In this document: positions 60,146 through 64,000 of the stretch, piece by piece
Layout of the letters: each line of letters begins with the position of its first letter
How positions within the stretch are numbered: position 1 is the first letter of the stretch
Notes under the pieces: generated by a model
Told to the model about the DNA's origin: nothing
Seen by the model: the letters and a program-made list of their open reading frames with translations, nothing else
Databases searched by the model: none
Program-made: the position numbers and the translations under genes
Source of the DNA: Perkinsela sp. CCAP 1560/9
Taxonomy: Eukaryota; Protista; Euglenozoa: Kinetoplastea
Direction: 5' to 3'
Length of the DNA: 64,000 nucleotides
Assembly: GCA_965644495.1 (NCBI GenBank)
Contig: CBFFSA010000012.1
Span: forward strand, 310,001 to 374,000

Positions 60146-62122
60146 GGGCAGTAGGGAAAAATTGCGCTGGTTGTATAACTACCGCTCTACCCTCGATTAT
60201 TGAAAAAAATTGAACAAAAACAGTGAAAATATAAAGAGGAATACAGTAATATAATAGAAGAAAAATTTATAAAAGGGGCTCCGGTGGTTCAAAAATTTTC
60301 AAAAAAAATCGGACCCTTGAGGGGTCCAGGGGAGGGGGGCGTACCGCACGAATTTTTTTTGAAAAAATTACTTTTCGATATAAAAGCGCAGAAAGGGTAG
60401 CCGGGGTCTTGGCGCGCATTTTCCATTCCCCTACCCGGGGGTAGAAAGAGTTTTCGGATTTTTTTTTGGAAAAAATTTCAACTTGACGAAAATAATGGTA
60501 AAAAAAATATTTTTCCAAAAATATTTTTTCGCCTATTGTATTTTGATAGTTTGGGACCTATATTAGCTTTCTACGCCATTGTTTTCGCGACATGTCGCTT
60601 CTTAAAGCCGTGATACGCCTTCCAAAATGACCCACTTTTTACCAAAAAATGCGAAAATGTAATTTTCGGACCCAAAGGTGTCTTTTTGTGTCACAAGAAT
60701 GGTGTGGTTGGAGTCGCATTCTCTACCCAATACGTTTGGTAGCCTCGAATACATGCGTACGAGTGATTTCCCACACGCAAAAGTCGAAATTAGTGCTCTG
60801 AGAGCAAAAATACCCAAATATCACCCCATTTTTACCTAAAAATCGGCTATTTTTCGCTCAAATCCTTCCGTTTTCTTCAGCTTCCCTGGCCAATTTTTCT
60901 TTTTTAGGCTCTTCGTTAAACGCGGTGGTAGTTTTCAACGCGAAGCGCGCAGCATGAATGACTTCTAAGTTGAAAACAACCACCGCGTTTAACGAAGAGC
61001 CTAAAAAAGAAAAATATTTGACGAAAATTTGATTTTTTTCGAAATTGCTCACAATAATTTTTTAAACGTTTTCAAATCATTTTCGTATTCATGCAGCCAT
61101 TTTCAGCGTCTCTGAGCGCATAATTTTATTAACTTGTTGCACCATACTTCTTTAGTAACATGGCATAGTAATTCACTCTATCGAAACTTTTCCCTTGGGT
61201 AGATCACCCAGAAATCCAACACTCTGGTCGAGAGTGCAATAAGTCAGCGCGGCGAGACGTTCTTGTGGGCGCTTGAGCTCCCCTGACGATTACTTGGGAA
61301 TGATCGGTTACTTTGTTTCTTCCCGGCGATCTTAAGGAACATCCCTCTTATAATCTCTCTCTTTCGGGTGCTCGAGAGCAGTTTCGACGCTTTGATCCAC
61401 ATGAAATCAACATTTTCTTACCTGACAAACGCAGATGACTATCGCAGGACGGCAAATGCATTTCTGAGTGAATGAAGGGCACCGGGTCGCCCCGGCTGGC
61501 CGCTGGCTCCCTCAGGATGTTCCCCCTTTGGGAAGTTGCCACCCTCCTTCAAGAGTGACACAATAGGCCCTTCACAGACGTTTGGGGGTGCGAGGTCCGA
61601 ACGCCTCTACCAGTTTCTGCCGACGTGTTTAACGTTGTTTAACGACCACATCGGGTACGGGAGTTGGTTCCGTGCGGGGGGGGGCCGAGTCGGTCCCCCA
61701 GACCTCAGACCTATTCGGAGGGTCTGGGTCCCTAATGTGAGGCCGCCAGGGAAACTGGCATACCCCGGGCTTGGGCGTTTCTTGGATAGCAGCAGCTGTG
61801 TGGATCACTAATCATTGTTCTTCCTTGTGGATAGCTGACTGGTCGAATTTCTCGGAGTGTTACCGTAGACCGCCCACTATTACCGTAGGTCCCGTAAGAG
61901 AGATTTGACCCCAGTAAGCGAGATTTGGTTCGAGGGGCTGAGCGGGTGGCTGGATTGGGGATCGTGGCTGGGATGGGTGACGGTAGCTGGGCGGGCGGTG
62001 ATGTCTCTTTTAAACGCTTGAAATGGGTGTATGAACCTGCAAATGCCATAAAAACATTTAAAAGGACTTGAATCACTTTCGAAAAAAATCAATTTTTCGC
62101 CAAATATTTGTCCCTACCGTCC
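60146..62122. mobile_element. Second, inverted copy of the Mutator-like element; its TIR is interrupted by 60162-61014
   Basis: 61015-62122 matches 12042-13040 in reverse; candidate TSD TACTGGGGG. Confidence 0.8.
60162..61014 (+). mobile_element. Full-length palindrome-ended element (subfamily B)
   Basis: Palindrome 60905-61003 extended by AAAAAGAAAAA; inserted at A|T within a known TIR. Confidence 0.9.
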
Positions 62123-62397
62123 TACTGGGGGTGAGCCTAAAAAGATCCACATCTCTCTTACTGTGGGGGGTCTCTTACTGGGGGGTCTACGGTAGTATCC
62201 GTACCCATTTTAAAAAAATGCCCCTTTTGGGGGGAAAATTTGCTTTGTCTATACCTAGTTACTATGTCTATGACCAGTTACTGTGTCGTGGGGGCACAGT
62301 AAACTGCACGGGAGTTTAGTATACCTATCAGCTATACTATTCTGGAATATGGTTTAATTTGTTCTTGGAATAATTATTTCTTGAATATAGCAATATC

Positions 62398-63120
62398 ATG
62401 CTTATCACCAAGTCTTCCGACTCACAACAAGTGAATTCTGTGAGTAGATGTACTCGTCCTTCCAAAGTACGAGGTGCTTCCTTGCCACAAGAATACGAAC
62501 TGGCGCGACTTATACAAAATGTAGAAAATCAGCATCCCTCCTGGAGTACCGCAACACCCGCTTGTGAATGGTGCTACGTAGAATGCAATCAAGAAGAAAA
62601 GGTAGAAGAAGTTTCTTGGTCGCATACGTCGTTGAGCGGTGAACTTCATCTGTCTTATCTTCCGTTTTCAGTCAAAATCTTCGACGTTTCAGACAACCAA
62701 CTCACAGGAAGCGTAGATCTTACGCATTTGCCGGAAGCAAATTGTAGATTTAATCTTTCACGAAACCGCTTTTCAGGTCAGGCAGATCTCACAAAACTAC
62801 CGAATGAAATGGAAGAACTGTATTTGATACAGAACCAGTTTTCGGGAAATGTCTGTCTCACTCAACTACCCATACATTTCCTAATTTTGGCCTTGAACGG
62901 AAATCAATTTGAAGGAACTTTGGACTTGGAACATCTTCCCATTAAAATGGAAGCTTTGTATCTTGAGGAAAATAAGTTTCGTGGAACGGTAATCTTGGAT
63001 ACATTGCCGCCAAACCTACACGATCTGTGGTTAAATGACAATACAGAGCTTTGCGGCACATTAGACAAAAAGGAGACCGGGTTTGCCAGGATTCAGAATA
63101 CGAAAATAATTGCAGAGTAA
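62398..63120 (+). CDS. LRR family copy 10
   Basis: SKVRGASLPQEYEL, TPACEW, LRR repeats. Confidence 0.92.
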   Translation: MLITKSSDSQQVNSVSRCTRPSKVRGASLPQEYELARLIQNVENQHPSWSTATPACEWCYVECNQEEKVEEVSWSHTSLSGELHLSYLPFSVKIFDVSDNQLTGSVDLTHLPEANCRFNLSRNRFSGQADLTKLPNEMEELYLIQNQFSGNVCLTQLPIHFLILALNGNQFEGTLDLEHLPIKMEALYLEENKFRGTVILDTLPPNLHDLWLNDNTELCGTLDKKETGFARIQNTKIIAE

Positions 63121-63546
63121 TTTTTTCACACTAATATTTGGCGGCCACAGAGTCGTTTATCTGTGGGCCCAGAATTCATTTATTTGCAGATCGATTTATT
63201 TGTGGATAATCTACTCAAGGGTCAAATCATCAATTTTTTATCCTTAATACGTAAGTACTTCCGTAAATACCCCTCCACCTGTTTCGTTCCAAATTTTTAT
63301 GAGTCATATTGTCAATATGATTGACTCAATCATTGAGTCAATTTCATGTGGTGGGATTCTCCTTTTCTTATTTTCCTTCTTTGCTTCTTAATTTTCTTTC
63401 TAAAGATTCTCCACTTTACTACTTTTCGACTATTTTATCCCCTATCCTTTTCTTCCTCTCTCTACCCACTCCTCTTCCACCCCACCCCCCTCCTTAAGAC
63501 TATAAGAATTGTATTTCTAAAGAGGTTTTTAACGAATAATACATTT

Positions 63547-64000
63547 ATGTTTATTACACAGTCTTCCGACACACCCCAAGCGAATTCTGTGAGAAGCTGT
63601 ACTCGTCCTTCCAAAGTACGAGGTGTTTCCTTGCCACAAGAATACGAACTGGCGCGACTTATACAAAATGTAGAAACTCAACATCCCTCCTGGAGTACCG
63701 CAACACCCGCTTGTCAATGGCACCGTGTAAAATGCAATCAAGAAAAAAAGGTTAGCGAAATTTCTTGGTCGCATAGCTCGCTGAGTGGTGAACTTCATCT
63801 GTCTTGTCTTCCGCTTTCCACTACATTATTTAGCGTTGCAGACAACAAGCTCACAGGAAGCGTAGATCTTACGCATTTGCCGGAAGTAATGCATAGACTC
63901 AATCTTTCACGAAACCGCTTCTCGGGCCATCCAGATCTCACAAGACTACCGCACAAAATGGAAGAATTGGAAGGGGACGCACTTCGCACTCTTCACCCCT
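63547..64000 (+). CDS. LRR family copy 11, tandem duplicate of copy 10, apparently interrupted at about 63970
   Basis: Open from ATG 63547. Similarity to copy 10 stops after LPHKMEEL, where AGGGGACGCAC (SL-headed-repeat body) begins. Confidence 0.8.
   Translation, partial: MFITQSSDTPQANSVRSCTRPSKVRGVSLPQEYELARLIQNVETQHPSWSTATPACQWHRVKCNQEKKVSEISWSHSSLSGELHLSCLPLSTTLFSVADNKLTGSVDLTHLPEVMHRLNLSRNRFSGHPDLTRLPHKMEELEGDALRTLHP

Noticed and set aside
2183-61003. CRISPR array, or a stand-alone 99-bp TA MITE
   Set aside because: Copies are dispersed with no spacers and are always attached to the same body on one side.
2023-62319. Many short ORFs in repeats or antisense to GC-rich genes (e.g. LKTTTAFNEEPK peptides)
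   Set aside because: These are translations of non-coding repeats or shadow frames, and the frames are not conserved between copies.

Overview
Eukaryotic, intronless, repeat-rich DNA that looks like a kinetoplastid (Euglenozoa), plausibly a Perkinsela/Ichthyobodo-type lineage. The taxon is an inference from four things: all host genes lie on the + strand as in a polycistronic cluster, polypyrimidine/AG acceptors precede genes, there are spliced-leader-like sequences, and there is a VIPER/TATE-type retroelement. Host genes: 11 members of one short LRR family (two disrupted, one cut by a repeat at the window end), a DEAH helicase split at a G9 run, a SET-domain protein, a BTB/POZ protein and four hypothetical proteins. 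Intergenic DNA holds decayed mobile elements: YR-RT-RNase H retroelement remnants, four Tc1/mariner transposase remnants, TA-duplicating MITEs and a 9-bp-TSD Mutator-like element. Most notable findings: (1) an abundant family of TSD-less elements inserted at A|T, with a 5' mini-hairpin and a long 3' palindrome of variable end, whose structure is kept by compensatory changes in a distant relative; (2) a dispersed repeat headed by an SL-RNA-like exon/donor/intron, one copy of which splits an LRR gene into two ORFs; (3) a C-rich to G-rich skew switch inside five single-copy genes; (4) all recognisable transposon ORFs are antisense to the gene cluster.
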